Part shown: positions 52,201 through 60,948 of the stretch, in pieces
How the letters are laid out: each line of letters begins with the position of its first letter
How positions within the stretch are numbered: the stretch's first letter is position 1
Source of the DNA: an uncultured archaeon
GTDB lineage: Archaea; Asgardarchaeota; Thorarchaeia; Thorarchaeales; Thorarchaeaceae
DNA: 60,948 bases
Reading direction: 5' to 3'
NCBI GenBank assembly: GCA_964610875.1
Contig: CAZSWP010000023.1
Location: 1-60,948, forward strand
The notes under the pieces: generated by a model
Told to the model about the DNA's origin: nothing
The model's input: the letters and a program-made list of their open reading frames with translations, nothing else
The model's database searches: none
Position numbers and translations under genes: made by a program

Positions 52201-53865
52201 ACTTATGTCTGATATAGAAGAATCTTGTACGTAGAGTTGGAAGAGATCATTCCAATCAGCAGTAATAGCTCCGTCACTAAAGACATGAGAGCTAATTACA
52301 AAGAAAGCTGTTTCAGCTCCAAAGGTCATATCATGTGCATTAGATATATTCAGACTTGAAAAAACTAATCCAAGAACGCCGCTAGGAGATGATGCGACTA
52401 TATCACAGGTGGCGTTTACATTTTTAAACATAAATCCATGAGGTCTGTTTATCTCCCAAGTTCCTGAAGAGGGTGGAGTATCACCCATCTTTAACATCGG
52501 ATAATTGTCAGTGATATTCGCTCCCTCTGTGTATGGACCTGCATCAACTACATAATCATTATTTAAATCTGGCCCGGTAAAGTTGTCCCAGAGATTTCCG
52601 GTACCTCCGATATCCCATGATGTACCAATATCCGTACCATTATAATCTTCAGCATTATTTACACAATCAAAAAAGCCATTGTCCCAGATTGTGTGATTTG
52701 TGCTAGCAGCCCCAATTTCTACTCCGATATCTGTATCAATAATCATGTTGCCTGTTATGGTTGAATTATGTGTTTCATCAGATAGCTTTATCCCAGTCCC
52801 TCGAATAGATAGTAAGAAGTTATTCTCAACGGAAATATTATTGCAAACACCTTTCAAATCCATAGCATCATAATCCCAATTCCATATTCTATTTCCAGCG
52901 ATTCTACTATGATTCTCATTATACAGATAGATAGCAGGACTTGAACCACCAGAACCGGATTCAATTATGTTGTTAGAAATCGTGTTATTTTCACCATAGA
53001 GATAGATGGCAGAGTCTTCATTTTGATTATTATACATTACATTTGAATCTATGATAACATTCTTTGCATTTAATCGTATAATGTCGTTTCCAACGCCATC
53101 ATTGTTGTAAAAGAGGTTATTGGAAATTATACACGGAGCAATATGATTTGGACCAGCATATATGACATGTGCACTACAGGAGAGGTCTCTGAATGTGCAT
53201 CCATCTATGGTTATCAGTTCTGTGTCAGTTGAGTCCATATCAATAGCTGATAATCCAGAATAATAACCAGTACCTGGATCATGGAAATCACAATTCAAAA
53301 CATTGACTTCACCTGCTTCGATATGGATTCCATATCCAGTCCAATTTCTGAAATCCACGTTGTTGAATTCGACAAAGCCTGCAGTGATGTTGATAGTACA
53401 TGCTGAGAAATCCTCAAGTGTTGAATCTTCGATATTAACGGATAATGCAGTCCCAGTTGTTGCGAAAAACATGTCATATGTATTCACACCAGGTGCACAT
53501 GCAATCAATGTGTCATCTCCTACGACTAGACTGCCACCAGCTTGTACAATTAATGATTCACTTGCTTGATTGAAATAAATCTGTGAATTGTTTATAGTGA
53601 GACTTCCGCCATTTTGTACAATGATACTTCCATTGACATACACAGTTTCATCGGTACAATTTGTTTCTTGGCTTATTGTCCAATCCCCTGATGAAGGAGG
53701 TTGATCACCCATGATAGTACTCAATGATTTTGTTCTCAACAAATCCGAGTTATTACTTACTATTATCTCATCAGAAACATCTGCTGTTGAATTCGAAAAA
53801 CTCACAAAAAGAAGCAGAAAAGCTGCAATCAGAATATAATACTGGAAATGACTCTTACCGGACAT
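46204..53865 (-). CDS. Giant (2553 aa) surface protein with parallel beta-helix (NosD/pectin-lyase-like) modules, Ig-like domains, Thr linker and TM anchor
   Basis: Signal peptide; many GI.....N.TI..N repeats; four GN(F/Y/L)...D.(Y/H)P capping motifs; DGVGN and DKVGN motifs; poly-Thr; TM plus KKGIIKR. Confidence 0.88.
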   Translation of the reverse strand: MSGKSHFQYYILIAAFLLLFVSFSNSTADVSDEIIVSNNSDLLRTKSLSTIMGDQPPSSGDWTISQETNCTDETVYVNGSIIVQNGGSLTINNSQIYFNQASESLIVQAGGSLVVGDDTLIACAPGVNTYDMFFATTGTALSVNIEDSTLEDFSACTINITAGFVEFNNVDFRNWTGYGIHIEAGEVNVLNCDFHDPGTGYYSGLSAIDMDSTDTELITIDGCTFRDLSCSAHVIYAGPNHIAPCIISNNLFYNNDGVGNDIIRLNAKNVIIDSNVMYNNQNEDSAIYLYGENNTISNNIIESGSGGSSPAIYLYNENHSRIAGNRIWNWDYDAMDLKGVCNNISVENNFLLSIRGTGIKLSDETHNSTITGNMIIDTDIGVEIGAASTNHTIWDNGFFDCVNNAEDYNGTDIGTSWDIGGTGNLWDNFTGPDLNNDYVVDAGPYTEGANITDNYPMLKMGDTPPSSGTWEINRPHGFMFKNVNATCDIVASSPSGVLGLVFSSLNISNAHDMTFGAETAFFVISSHVFSDGAITADWNDLFQLYVQDSSISDISSSGTFDTSGRIVRFIESNFTDTPGIGIEMYSEFDEDYLEFVTAQIENCTFEGTTSGFAVHRQAQIVNNSITFATPGDDNWVEITGMDYDITLESFMVSHNKINGGRLNVTSGYALCNVYENFVTSDIYINVELEDSQYANFSWNTIVDGNFTFFVSTRVFDTYADLTHTTINSGNLTIDCDTGDYLGFDISDTNVVSGSTTIISAPEVNATRCNFGGAVVADEVDRATFKNCSMTATNDFVVKSSNDVNFWDLEIDATALYFEYCFNPDIRWCTFGSTPLQLYFSNDADIYYNTWNSASEPLRLDNSGYAIIYDNTLTDCTITGIGVYQGADENDIINNEIHMASGMCINVATGNSEFYTIDNNILEGGTIGIRFFNGIFDNITITNNVIANCTSSGITIPEGEDIIITGNTIYNIGSGGAITYDSAYDALISHNTIYDCTGNGIDVEGPSGQNVNITWNTVYDIDGTGIKLMLCSNSHVLNNNVTSIGVDGIHVYGDGNDIMHNIISSCGQHGFRGDTATSADVFNNSITYCEGYGIYLEVASGGSTYWFNVLHNNADGNIHSTAGGTTYFDNGTIGNFWGPSGPGGMDYCDSYDAGSGNPWVGDVPYRVVSTYDDNYPLLMNHPEYMYVFSNVVDTSPVYIFELWIVLNTTVYPEMGVVVGENMGGIGNLTLIGTRLVFRSDGSYFQSIDVQSGCSLIIKGGARLTANQTVGTYGFGLDTGSTLVMDDVFVDRCGYGTDNDGFFINVTGVTLRNLTITDSPYHGLRIDNVDGLTLTDIICSDTRDGIYLWYSDSTTVVGGSISDCSVNGIFMFHADGTSISRMEFSSITQSYINTDSCAGVNIENCTFSNGNLAVFSTSSNVIIRYNEFWYLSTGVRTISGASNNLIYYNFFNGVTTILDDQIGGNQIHNGTYGNFYMEYQFYDYDGDLIGDTPYQNSGLTDPYPLMIWGSLPSSNPGWHVYVDTYCLATNYTLNGNIVVYSPAKLYIYNASLWFNCTSDGQYDMIVNTGSEVIMTNGRLSAYDITYRFEMYAEPQSYLELDGTLLFGIYRLQIETNTTELVDIHLNHTYYGVLLDGTNLRDFNMSTITVGNAEYSGIFVQSCTNITINDCLIYDVSYGIYISDSSDIRIFNVDLVTGSDRAFSLYNGEDITIRNATITDFSTGIYQTNHYYGYLNVYDTVFDFVDYPITLQCAVDDFPTALFDNVSAKGIDGYAMYALYFALIEIKNSDFDLYGEQGIQLEQGIGWYSLYNCDIYNGTIGFEAVANNGGIIQLCEFRNLTTGIRFNYFSGNPNVTVFESTFLGCQRAIDMVDSTILRTTITNNDFIECDYAVYRIKVDNVVFSYNSIEDALRGLDVYQGGNNYYIAYNSYSNCDFPVHITDAGSNFTIEFEVIENADDGVYGWNADGINIYEVSVTECTVGVSLYYSENVTISNVDVDSGSIGFHIYLCVNVTIRDSVVTNCDQGAINVNANTVEEAVHDIDTSNTLDGKGIIYIANKTNTQYNNLDTYSFSMMFCQYVTINGSNLDGFRLRLHHLNSCTITNSSIGTTPLITYCSDFLFIGNGFSDGNTIQFYQEYGSNITFTMNAFYSEYSFLTTAFNVNASVYGNYWFDYAGVDADNDGFGDSPHEVRSGLFDYHPLTIAPRSFEVFIEVLNIEEGDAIHGPFTVQAFTTVVPGVLYEGSTTIIVNLAINTAIVESGGAGLIEYTISSSFSDGEVNISVSATGGLNPILHWSLRIEILVDNTGPYFDGISHQDDSATDSSSIEVYATAHDVLSNLSWHVVYMNGTVGVNETGSTESLYCTHVFSFTDEGIYNITFVASDGVGNIAKLTIFVWFDDTGPVITDPDDVTIEYGESETLSWTVTDLTPSHYNITIDDISYENGTITDGVIEYDIPFLDVGSRTLKIVVYDKVGNSVEGFVTIEVNEATTTTSTTTTTTTTDTTTDTSTTDTSTTDTSTPPPGGMDPMMIVLVVAIGGIMVVIVVIVLLKKGIIKR
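46318..46411 (-). repeat. Thr-rich low-complexity linker (TTDTS repeats)
   Basis: TTTTSTTTTTTTTDTTTDTSTTDTSTTDTST; similar tracts at about 54355-54428 and 26200-26240. Confidence 0.8.
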
Positions 53866-53879
53866 CCTACCATCCCCAA

Positions 53880-53965
53880 GCGTGCAGAGAAGAATTAGCT
53901 ATCAGCTGTTATGGGATTAAATACCTGATTAGGCGCTATCGCTGTTTTCTCCTGCTAACCAACGC
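53880..53965 (-). ncRNA. Candidate structured 5' UTR of the giant gene
   Basis: Nested GCGT/ACGC, GCAGGAGAA/TTCTCTGC and ATCAG/CTGAT pairings ending 14 nt before the ATG; TTTTAAAT about 22 nt upstream. Confidence 0.35.
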
Positions 53966-54214
53966 AGTTCAGAGTTTGACAAGAAGTGATTTAAAATCTT
54001 CGCTCTACGTTTGTAAGAAATAGTTGTTTACAATATTAAATATTGTTTTTTTGAGAAAAAGGTGAACAGATAAGGACACGAGAGTCGTTTCCGTCTATAG
54101 ATGGCAGAGATACCTAACTCCGTAGTGTCAGCACAACGGTGCTATAGCTCAAATTTACTAACTACCTTCAACTTTATTTCACAGTGACAGTGATATTACA
54201 AAAAATAAGAAAGA

Positions 54215-54234
54215 AGCGGGTATGTGAACCCGCT
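54215..54234 (-). terminator. Hairpin plus U-tract after the 54240 gene
   Basis: AGCGGGT-N6-ACCCGCT followed by TCTTTCTTATTTTTT on the minus strand. Confidence 0.7.
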
Positions 54235-54239
54235 ATATT

Positions 54240-57200
54240 TTATCGTTTGATGATTCCTTTCTTGAGAAGTACAATGACCACAATGACAACCACAATTCCT
54301 CCGATTGCCACTACAAGCATGATGATCATCGGGTCACCATCTGTTGGCGGAGGTGTGGATGTATCAGTTGTAGTGTCTGTAGTAGTGTCTGTGGTTGTAT
54401 CAGTAGTTGTTGTAGTGCTGGTAGTGGATGCTTCATTTATTTGAATCTCCACATAATCATAGGCATAGTTCCCAGCACGGTCAGTGACCTTGATTGTTAT
54501 TGTATAGTATCCTACATCCAAGTATGGAATATCATAGGATATCTCGCCATTTTCAATAGTTCCATTCTCGTATGAGATTCCACCTATTGTAATGTTATAG
54601 TATAGTGGTGTCAGGTCATCTACCGTCCAAGATAGAGTTTCGGAAGAACCATGATCCAGTACTACATCATCAGGACTGCTGAGAACGGGATCAGTTCTGT
54701 CAAAGTATACGGTGATACTCTCCGTCACACTATTTCCAAGTTCATCAACAGCAACAACTGTGACATTGTGACTTCCGTCAGCAACATAAGACAACGAGTA
54801 CTGCACATTTCCACTACTATAGAAGCTTGTTTCATTAGCTACTACAGTCCCATCAATATAGATTGCAATCCAGCCAATTATTGAAGACTCATCAACTGCA
54901 CGCGCATCGATATAGATTGATGATGATGTTGTTGCTTCCATATCATCAGGAGATATTGACAGTGAAGGCGCTGTTGTATCAAACGTGATTCCAATTGATA
55001 GTGTCCATATCCTAGAACCATCTGATGAGGTTACGGATACATTGTACCAACCATCAGAGAATGATGATGCAATTGTATATTGGATTAGGCCAGTAGTACC
55101 TGTTTTTACAGAAGTAGTATTAAGAAACATCTCAGTATCAATACTCGGAGTGCCAGTGGAGTAGAGTCCAGTGATAAGTACAACATTGACCACAATTGGA
55201 GTTGTGTCGCTAATCGTGTCATCGTCACTTATACCTTCGAACGACAGAGATACTTCATAGCTCCAAGGATCGGAAACCAAGGGATGGTAGTCCGTCATAC
55301 CATCTACATTGAAGGGCGTATCACCAATGCCATCGTGGTCAGCATCTACTCCATCATAGTTATACCAATAGTTCCCGTACACTGAAGCATTCAGATTCCA
55401 TCCAGTTTCCTGGAAACTATAACCTGTGAAGAATGTGTTTTCTGTCAAAGTTAGATTGCTACCTGCTTGTCTATCAATAACAACTGTTTCACCGTCTGAG
55501 AAACGATTGCCTTTGATCATCATATCTGCACAGTAGCTCAAATAGAGTGATGTATTGATTGTTGAGTTAGATAATGTACAATTGTCGCTGTAAAGCATGC
55601 GTAGTTCATCACCATCAACAACCGAATTAACTATGAGAACATGACTACAGTAGGCTAATGTCAGGTGATTTGTATCAAGACTACTGAAATCTTGAGCAGA
55701 TAGGTTGTAGAGATAGTAGATTGGCAGACCGTCATAGGTGTTTGAGGCATCAATGTCAAGGTCAGCTTCTTCTAAAGAGTAGAAATAATAATCAATACCC
55801 TCATCACAATCAGTAATTATACAATCTCTGAGAGTTATGTCTTCAGCTCTGTAGAAATAGATTCCAAGGTCACACTGAGTAATAGTGAAGTTTGAGAGAG
55901 TCGCATTTGATGCATCATGTACATATAATCCTCTTTCAGCATTGGTCACACTAACATGGTCAGCAGTCACATTTGTTGTATCCTGCAAGAGAAGACCATA
56001 TCTGCAATTTGTAATTGTTTCATTGTAAATCCATACAACATTCACATTTGATGATAGAGAAATACCTTCATTGTTCAGGTCAGTGTAAACATTTCCAGAT
56101 AGAGTGATACTGAGAGGGCCACTACCACCAAAGATACCGTTATTGAAATCCCATATGGTATTGTTCGAAACGACCAAGGCCCATTCAAGCACCCAATCTA
56201 AGGTTTGAATTGCGTCAGTACCGTGTTCAAAGGTGTTTCCTACAATATACATCATGACTCCACGAGCCTGAATTCCAATATTACATCCATAGATGTAGTT
56301 ATCCGTGATGTTCACCTTTCCACCTAATTCAGCATGCGATTGGTGAATGGCTTCAGTGAAATTCAAAATCTCACAATCATAGATGTTCCCAATTGAATTA
56401 GACAGAAAATCTACGAAATAAGAACCATTGAAACCGGTAACATCATGTATTTCGAAGCGTTCTGTGTATTGGTATATCTGGATTGCAGTTCCACCATGTA
56501 ATGAAAATGAGCAATTGTTGATATCTACTAGACCGACATATTTCACAATCACCCCATGTCCGCTTACATACTCCATTGTAACATTACGGATCGTCACAGT
56601 GAGATCATCCTGACTCCAAGCTGCTAGTGATATCCCGTCTGAAACATGGGTAAAGACTGAATCCTCTATCAGTAAGTATCCACTAACATCATTCGAGGAG
56701 CGGACTCCATAGGCACTCATATAATCAAAGGAGCATTCTGAGATAGATATGTTCGTTGAGGTAAAAATGTATATTCCCTCATCACTGATATCAGATAGCT
56801 CAACATCCACAATATCGATTTCTGAAACATAGCGCAAAGCTATTCCAATAGAAGCATCTGAAATGGAGCAATTTTGAACATCAATTTCATTTGCATATTC
56901 AAGGAATATTCCATATTCCTCACACACTGAAATTTGGATACCATTAAGCAATACTCCGTACAGATACTGTTCGACAAAGTGTATTGCATGATATGCATTA
57001 GAAATCTCAAGATCATACAAAACCGTAGAGTTGGTATGTATTTGAATCTCATAAACACCATCAATAACAAGATGCTCCATTGTTACTGAACTAGTTTCCC
57101 AAGCAACAAATGAGAAACGGTACGTAGTATCTATTGCTCTGATAGTACCGCTATCGTAGATGAGAGATCCACCATTGTTTACTGTGACACCATACTCTTG

Positions 57201-60200
57201 ATCTACTGAGCAATTGAACCAGAGTCGTGATCCTAAGAGGTACAATGTAACACCATCGTGAACCACAATATTACCAGCAATTGTGTAGTTCGTAGGCAGA
57301 CAAACAGTGTTAACGGTTACATCCCACTGATTTACAGATGGCCAAGAACCGTAAACCATCACAGGATATGGATCGGAAACACCATTTGCATTGTAGGAAA
57401 CATCTCCAACAAGATCACCATCATCATCCACTCCGGAATAATCCAGGTAGAAGTTGCCATGGGTACCGTTATTCATTACATTTCCTGAACCAATATCAAC
57501 TAGGTAGTTCGTTTCACCTGAGAAGAAATTCAAATATGCTTCATTGCCTGCACACCCTGAGTTATAGTCAATTCCAGTTGGGATGTAATAGAAAATGTTG
57601 TCGTAAATATGGGAGTTGTCCATATTTGCACCATCTATTGCAGTATTTGTGACACCAGTGAAATCACAATAACGAATAATCCAATTTTGTGAATTTGATG
57701 GGTTTAATCCAATAACAACATTGTCAAAGGTCAGATACTCAATTATGTAATTATCTGTACCTGCTGAACGTATTCCGTATGAAATATTGACTAGATGGAT
57801 ATCAGTAATTGTGAGTCCATTAATACCTAGGAAGTAAATTCCGGAATAGCTGTTACTCAATGTTAGATTTGCTAGATGCACATCAGTGATATTGACATCG
57901 AATCCATAATCATATGGAGCATTCATCCTACTGCATCTGTCAATAAATGCATCATCTAAATACAGATGAGCACCTGTTCTAAAGCCAAAACCATAGGTTT
58001 CCGTTGTCTGGTCAGAAGTGAGTTTAGCTCCTGCAATCATTCGTAGAGCTCCACCACCCTGTACCTCAATCGTTGACCAATATGCACCGCCTGTAGTTAG
58101 AGTAATTTGTGAACCAATCAATGTAAGATTTCCATTACCAGTGATGATGATATCACCATCAACTGATTTTATGACTCCAAGCACAATTGTCAGTTCATCA
58201 ATCACCCAATCACCTGACGGGAGAGGACTACCAAAATCTGGAATTGCACCCATACCCATAATCGGATGGTTGTCAGTTCCGCGAACGGCATTATTCTGAC
58301 CACGAACTTCGTATGCATCACTGCCAATCCAATGAGTACCAGATTCAGCTCCTCGATATTCTGGATAGAAGTTACCAATAGAACCATTGTCCAGTTGATT
58401 GTTTGTACCCGAAAGGATGTAGAGACTCCCTTCTACATTTCTGTAGAAGTAGTTCAACCATAGCTGTGAATCATACAAGCCACGGATGTACGTACCCCAA
58501 GCATCGTTGAACGCAAAGGTATTGTTCCAAATCATAGCTTCATAATACCATCCATCGCTGTATACTCCATTTTGGCAATACATCACCGAATTGTTTTGCA
58601 TTGTCAGATAGTAGTAGTCAACGCCTGATCTAAGGTAAATGCCATGTGATCCACAATCAGTAATCCTATTGTGATTGAGAGTGATGTTGCCTCCATTGAC
58701 ATCGATACCAATTCCATCAACATCCCAGATTGTGTTGTACTCGATAGTAGGATATCCAGTACTATAGACGTACACACCAGTCCCAGTAACATTGTATATG
58801 GTATTTCCAATAACTGTATGATAGTTCCCACGGCTTATCCGAATCGCAGTACCAGTGAGGTTGCCAAATTCATTTCCGATAATAGTTGAGTTCCATGAAT
58901 AACCACTGAAGTGCTCAAAATAGATTCCATTGCTTCCATTCCCAATGACGTTGCTTCTAACCGTGAGATTATGACAGGGTTGGGGAATATAGATACCATT
59001 GCCGCCATTCAGGTCCATAGTATTACCTTCAATTACACTGAAATCAGATTCTCGCTCTACTTCAATTGCACTTGTGACATTGTGAAAATCATTGTCATAT
59101 ATCACAACATTTTCACTCCGGAAGACGTAGATTTGAGAATCAGTTGTACTACCATAATCAAAGAAGTTGTTATGTGCCGCAACAAAATCAGGTGAGTATT
59201 TTATCGAAAGTTGCCCACCATTAAAATCAGTGGAGTTAATACAAGAACCATCAACAGAATCCAGAACAACATCTCCTCCAATGTAGCCATTCAAGAATTT
59301 GAACGATCCCGAGTTTACAATATCCAAGTCTCCGCCCATTGTACAATGGTCAAATGTTGCTTCCTGAACATGAAGCATCTCCGTTGGTCCAGAAACATGA
59401 TTGAAATACTGAATATCACCAAATAGTGCATTGTTGATATCTAATAACCCAGAATTATGTGTCGTGTATAACATATCAAAACCAGCATGACCCCATCCGG
59501 AATTACAGTACAGAGTAAATGTACCTGAATCAAGGGTATTGTTATTCATATCCACCTTCGTGGATGAAGCACCGCTTATTACTTCTACACTGAGATACAT
59601 CTCATTTTGATCAGCTGTGTTTCCTGAAATGTTGAAGAATTGGTGGTGAGCACCCTCGCCTATATTCACACGGAAACCTAGTTCTGCGTAGTTGTCAACA
59701 GCACTACAGTAAGCGTAAGCAGTGGTCAGATTCAAACAACCGCCAGTTATCATATTATCCTCAACAACGAAATGCTCAGGATCGTCAAATTCAGAATCGC
59801 TGTGCTGAGTACCCATACTCACATAATTATCGCTGCTTGGATTTTCAAAGGTGACCGAGTTGTTTGTAAACTCTGCTTCTCGATCGATAATAATGTCACC
59901 AGTAATATTTGTGAAGACGTTATCATTGACAGAGATTGGAATTGCGCCTTGGAAAGTAAAGTTGTAATAAGCGTACATTCCGATTTCTATTCCAGGAATC
60001 TCATGGTATATGGTTCCCTGAGAATCGAAGAACCTAGTTTCAATTGTAAGACTTCCAGTAACATTGGATATAGACGAATCCATGGTCAGCCAGTTGAAGA
60101 TGTCATTGACATAGAAATTGAACGACCCTGACAGAGTTCGGACTTGCACTGAAGATTCGATTAAAACAAAAGTGGATTCATCATCCAATGTGATCGATTG

Positions 60201-60948
60201 CCCCGATTCAATGTTCATATCAGAGTTAACTAAACCAAGGAAACCAGCAACGCCTTCTACTACAATATTATCATAGATATCTCCGACATCGTTGTATTGG
60301 AACATGTGAGGTGTATCAATTGTCCAGGTACCAGTTCCGGGAGCAAAATTACCAATCATCAATGCTGGATTTTCATCCGTCACGTTGTTGGTGGTGTCCT
60401 CTCGTGGAGAATCAATGACCCAGTCAGGTTCCGAATCAACTCCAGAGTGATCAGTCCATATATTTCCATAAGTTCCATTGTCCCAAGAGATACCTCTCTC
60501 AGTACTGTCTAGGTTTACAGCAAGAATTGTATCATTTACAAATGCATTCTTGTAGATGGTAAGGTTCTCACATTGCTGGCTTACATTGACACCAAGATAA
60601 GAGTCGGCAATGAGATTCCCTGTGACAGTGTAGTTGTGAGATTCATGAATAAAATTGATTCCTGCGTCTGAAACACTCTGGATGAGATTGTTTCGAATGG
60701 TATTATTATATGAATATTCAGCGGCCACAATTCCAGAACCAGGCCAGTCAAATATCCTATTCTTTTCTATAAGTACATTAGTTGCATTGTGATTTTCTAA
60801 GACGTGAATATAGCTGTCTAGAACAATAGCACAAGGACTCTCCCGCATGTCGTACTCGGAGTCTCCAGCAACATAAACAACATAATCATAATGATTCTCG
60901 AAAATGTTGTTTGAAACTGTGACATTTTCCCCTCGTATACGTAAGGGG
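54240..60948 (-). CDS. Second giant beta-helix surface protein, tandem paralogue, 5'-truncated by the window
   Basis: Frame is open to the window edge; collinear with 46204-53865; near-identical C-terminal anchor. Confidence 0.88.
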   Translation of the reverse strand, partial: PLRIRGENVTVSNNIFENHYDYVVYVAGDSEYDMRESPCAIVLDSYIHVLENHNATNVLIEKNRIFDWPGSGIVAAEYSYNNTIRNNLIQSVSDAGINFIHESHNYTVTGNLIADSYLGVNVSQQCENLTIYKNAFVNDTILAVNLDSTERGISWDNGTYGNIWTDHSGVDSEPDWVIDSPREDTTNNVTDENPALMIGNFAPGTGTWTIDTPHMFQYNDVGDIYDNIVVEGVAGFLGLVNSDMNIESGQSITLDDESTFVLIESSVQVRTLSGSFNFYVNDIFNWLTMDSSISNVTGSLTIETRFFDSQGTIYHEIPGIEIGMYAYYNFTFQGAIPISVNDNVFTNITGDIIIDREAEFTNNSVTFENPSSDNYVSMGTQHSDSEFDDPEHFVVEDNMITGGCLNLTTAYAYCSAVDNYAELGFRVNIGEGAHHQFFNISGNTADQNEMYLSVEVISGASSTKVDMNNNTLDSGTFTLYCNSGWGHAGFDMLYTTHNSGLLDINNALFGDIQYFNHVSGPTEMLHVQEATFDHCTMGGDLDIVNSGSFKFLNGYIGGDVVLDSVDGSCINSTDFNGGQLSIKYSPDFVAAHNNFFDYGSTTDSQIYVFRSENVVIYDNDFHNVTSAIEVERESDFSVIEGNTMDLNGGNGIYIPQPCHNLTVRSNVIGNGSNGIYFEHFSGYSWNSTIIGNEFGNLTGTAIRISRGNYHTVIGNTIYNVTGTGVYVYSTGYPTIEYNTIWDVDGIGIDVNGGNITLNHNRITDCGSHGIYLRSGVDYYYLTMQNNSVMYCQNGVYSDGWYYEAMIWNNTFAFNDAWGTYIRGLYDSQLWLNYFYRNVEGSLYILSGTNNQLDNGSIGNFYPEYRGAESGTHWIGSDAYEVRGQNNAVRGTDNHPIMGMGAIPDFGSPLPSGDWVIDELTIVLGVIKSVDGDIIITGNGNLTLIGSQITLTTGGAYWSTIEVQGGGALRMIAGAKLTSDQTTETYGFGFRTGAHLYLDDAFIDRCSRMNAPYDYGFDVNITDVHLANLTLSNSYSGIYFLGINGLTITDIHLVNISYGIRSAGTDNYIIEYLTFDNVVIGLNPSNSQNWIIRYCDFTGVTNTAIDGANMDNSHIYDNIFYYIPTGIDYNSGCAGNEAYLNFFSGETNYLVDIGSGNVMNNGTHGNFYLDYSGVDDDGDLVGDVSYNANGVSDPYPVMVYGSWPSVNQWDVTVNTVCLPTNYTIAGNIVVHDGVTLYLLGSRLWFNCSVDQEYGVTVNNGGSLIYDSGTIRAIDTTYRFSFVAWETSSVTMEHLVIDGVYEIQIHTNSTVLYDLEISNAYHAIHFVEQYLYGVLLNGIQISVCEEYGIFLEYANEIDVQNCSISDASIGIALRYVSEIDIVDVELSDISDEGIYIFTSTNISISECSFDYMSAYGVRSSNDVSGYLLIEDSVFTHVSDGISLAAWSQDDLTVTIRNVTMEYVSGHGVIVKYVGLVDINNCSFSLHGGTAIQIYQYTERFEIHDVTGFNGSYFVDFLSNSIGNIYDCEILNFTEAIHQSHAELGGKVNITDNYIYGCNIGIQARGVMMYIVGNTFEHGTDAIQTLDWVLEWALVVSNNTIWDFNNGIFGGSGPLSITLSGNVYTDLNNEGISLSSNVNVVWIYNETITNCRYGLLLQDTTNVTADHVSVTNAERGLYVHDASNATLSNFTITQCDLGIYFYRAEDITLRDCIITDCDEGIDYYFYSLEEADLDIDASNTYDGLPIYYLYNLSAQDFSSLDTNHLTLAYCSHVLIVNSVVDGDELRMLYSDNCTLSNSTINTSLYLSYCADMMIKGNRFSDGETVVIDRQAGSNLTLTENTFFTGYSFQETGWNLNASVYGNYWYNYDGVDADHDGIGDTPFNVDGMTDYHPLVSDPWSYEVSLSFEGISDDDTISDTTPIVVNVVLITGLYSTGTPSIDTEMFLNTTSVKTGTTGLIQYTIASSFSDGWYNVSVTSSDGSRIWTLSIGITFDTTAPSLSISPDDMEATTSSSIYIDARAVDESSIIGWIAIYIDGTVVANETSFYSSGNVQYSLSYVADGSHNVTVVAVDELGNSVTESITVYFDRTDPVLSSPDDVVLDHGSSETLSWTVDDLTPLYYNITIGGISYENGTIENGEISYDIPYLDVGYYTITIKVTDRAGNYAYDYVEIQINEASTTSTTTTTDTTTDTTTDTTTDTSTPPPTDGDPMIIMLVVAIGGIVVVIVVIVLLKKGIIKR

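Noticed and set aside
46204-60948. Diversity-generating retroelement acting on the paralogous tails
   Set aside because: No reverse transcriptase, and differences between the tails are not adenine-specific.

Overview
A 61-kb, AT-rich archaeal chromosomal segment. It is most likely from an Asgard archaeon (Thorarchaeia-like); this is inferred from protein families and gene style, not from a marker gene. It holds redox and metal genes (TrxR-like, ferritin-like, thioredoxin-like, DUF438-hemerythrin-PAS with a divergent HxlR regulator, DPSL, hemerythrin, CDF), peptidases and an ABC exporter. It also has many membrane-anchored surface proteins, including two tandem giant beta-helix paralogues, a TrmB-like protein with an ~850-aa helical insert, and at least six broken genes. 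I recognised no rRNA, tRNA or CRISPR array. The main finding is a dispersed family of ~180-bp non-coding elements: two full copies (19880-20059, 25890-26080) and one remnant (from 32237). The full copies are bounded by a GG(T) core and preceded by AGGG. Each carries subterminal GACA motifs and an internal TATA box placed to transcribe a covarying, pseudoknotted ~105-nt RNA that runs out of the right end into host DNA. This layout resembles a protein-free IS607-type mini-element making a TnpB-style guide RNA, which remains an inference. Three further GC-rich structured 5' leaders are candidate novel cis-regulatory RNAs.
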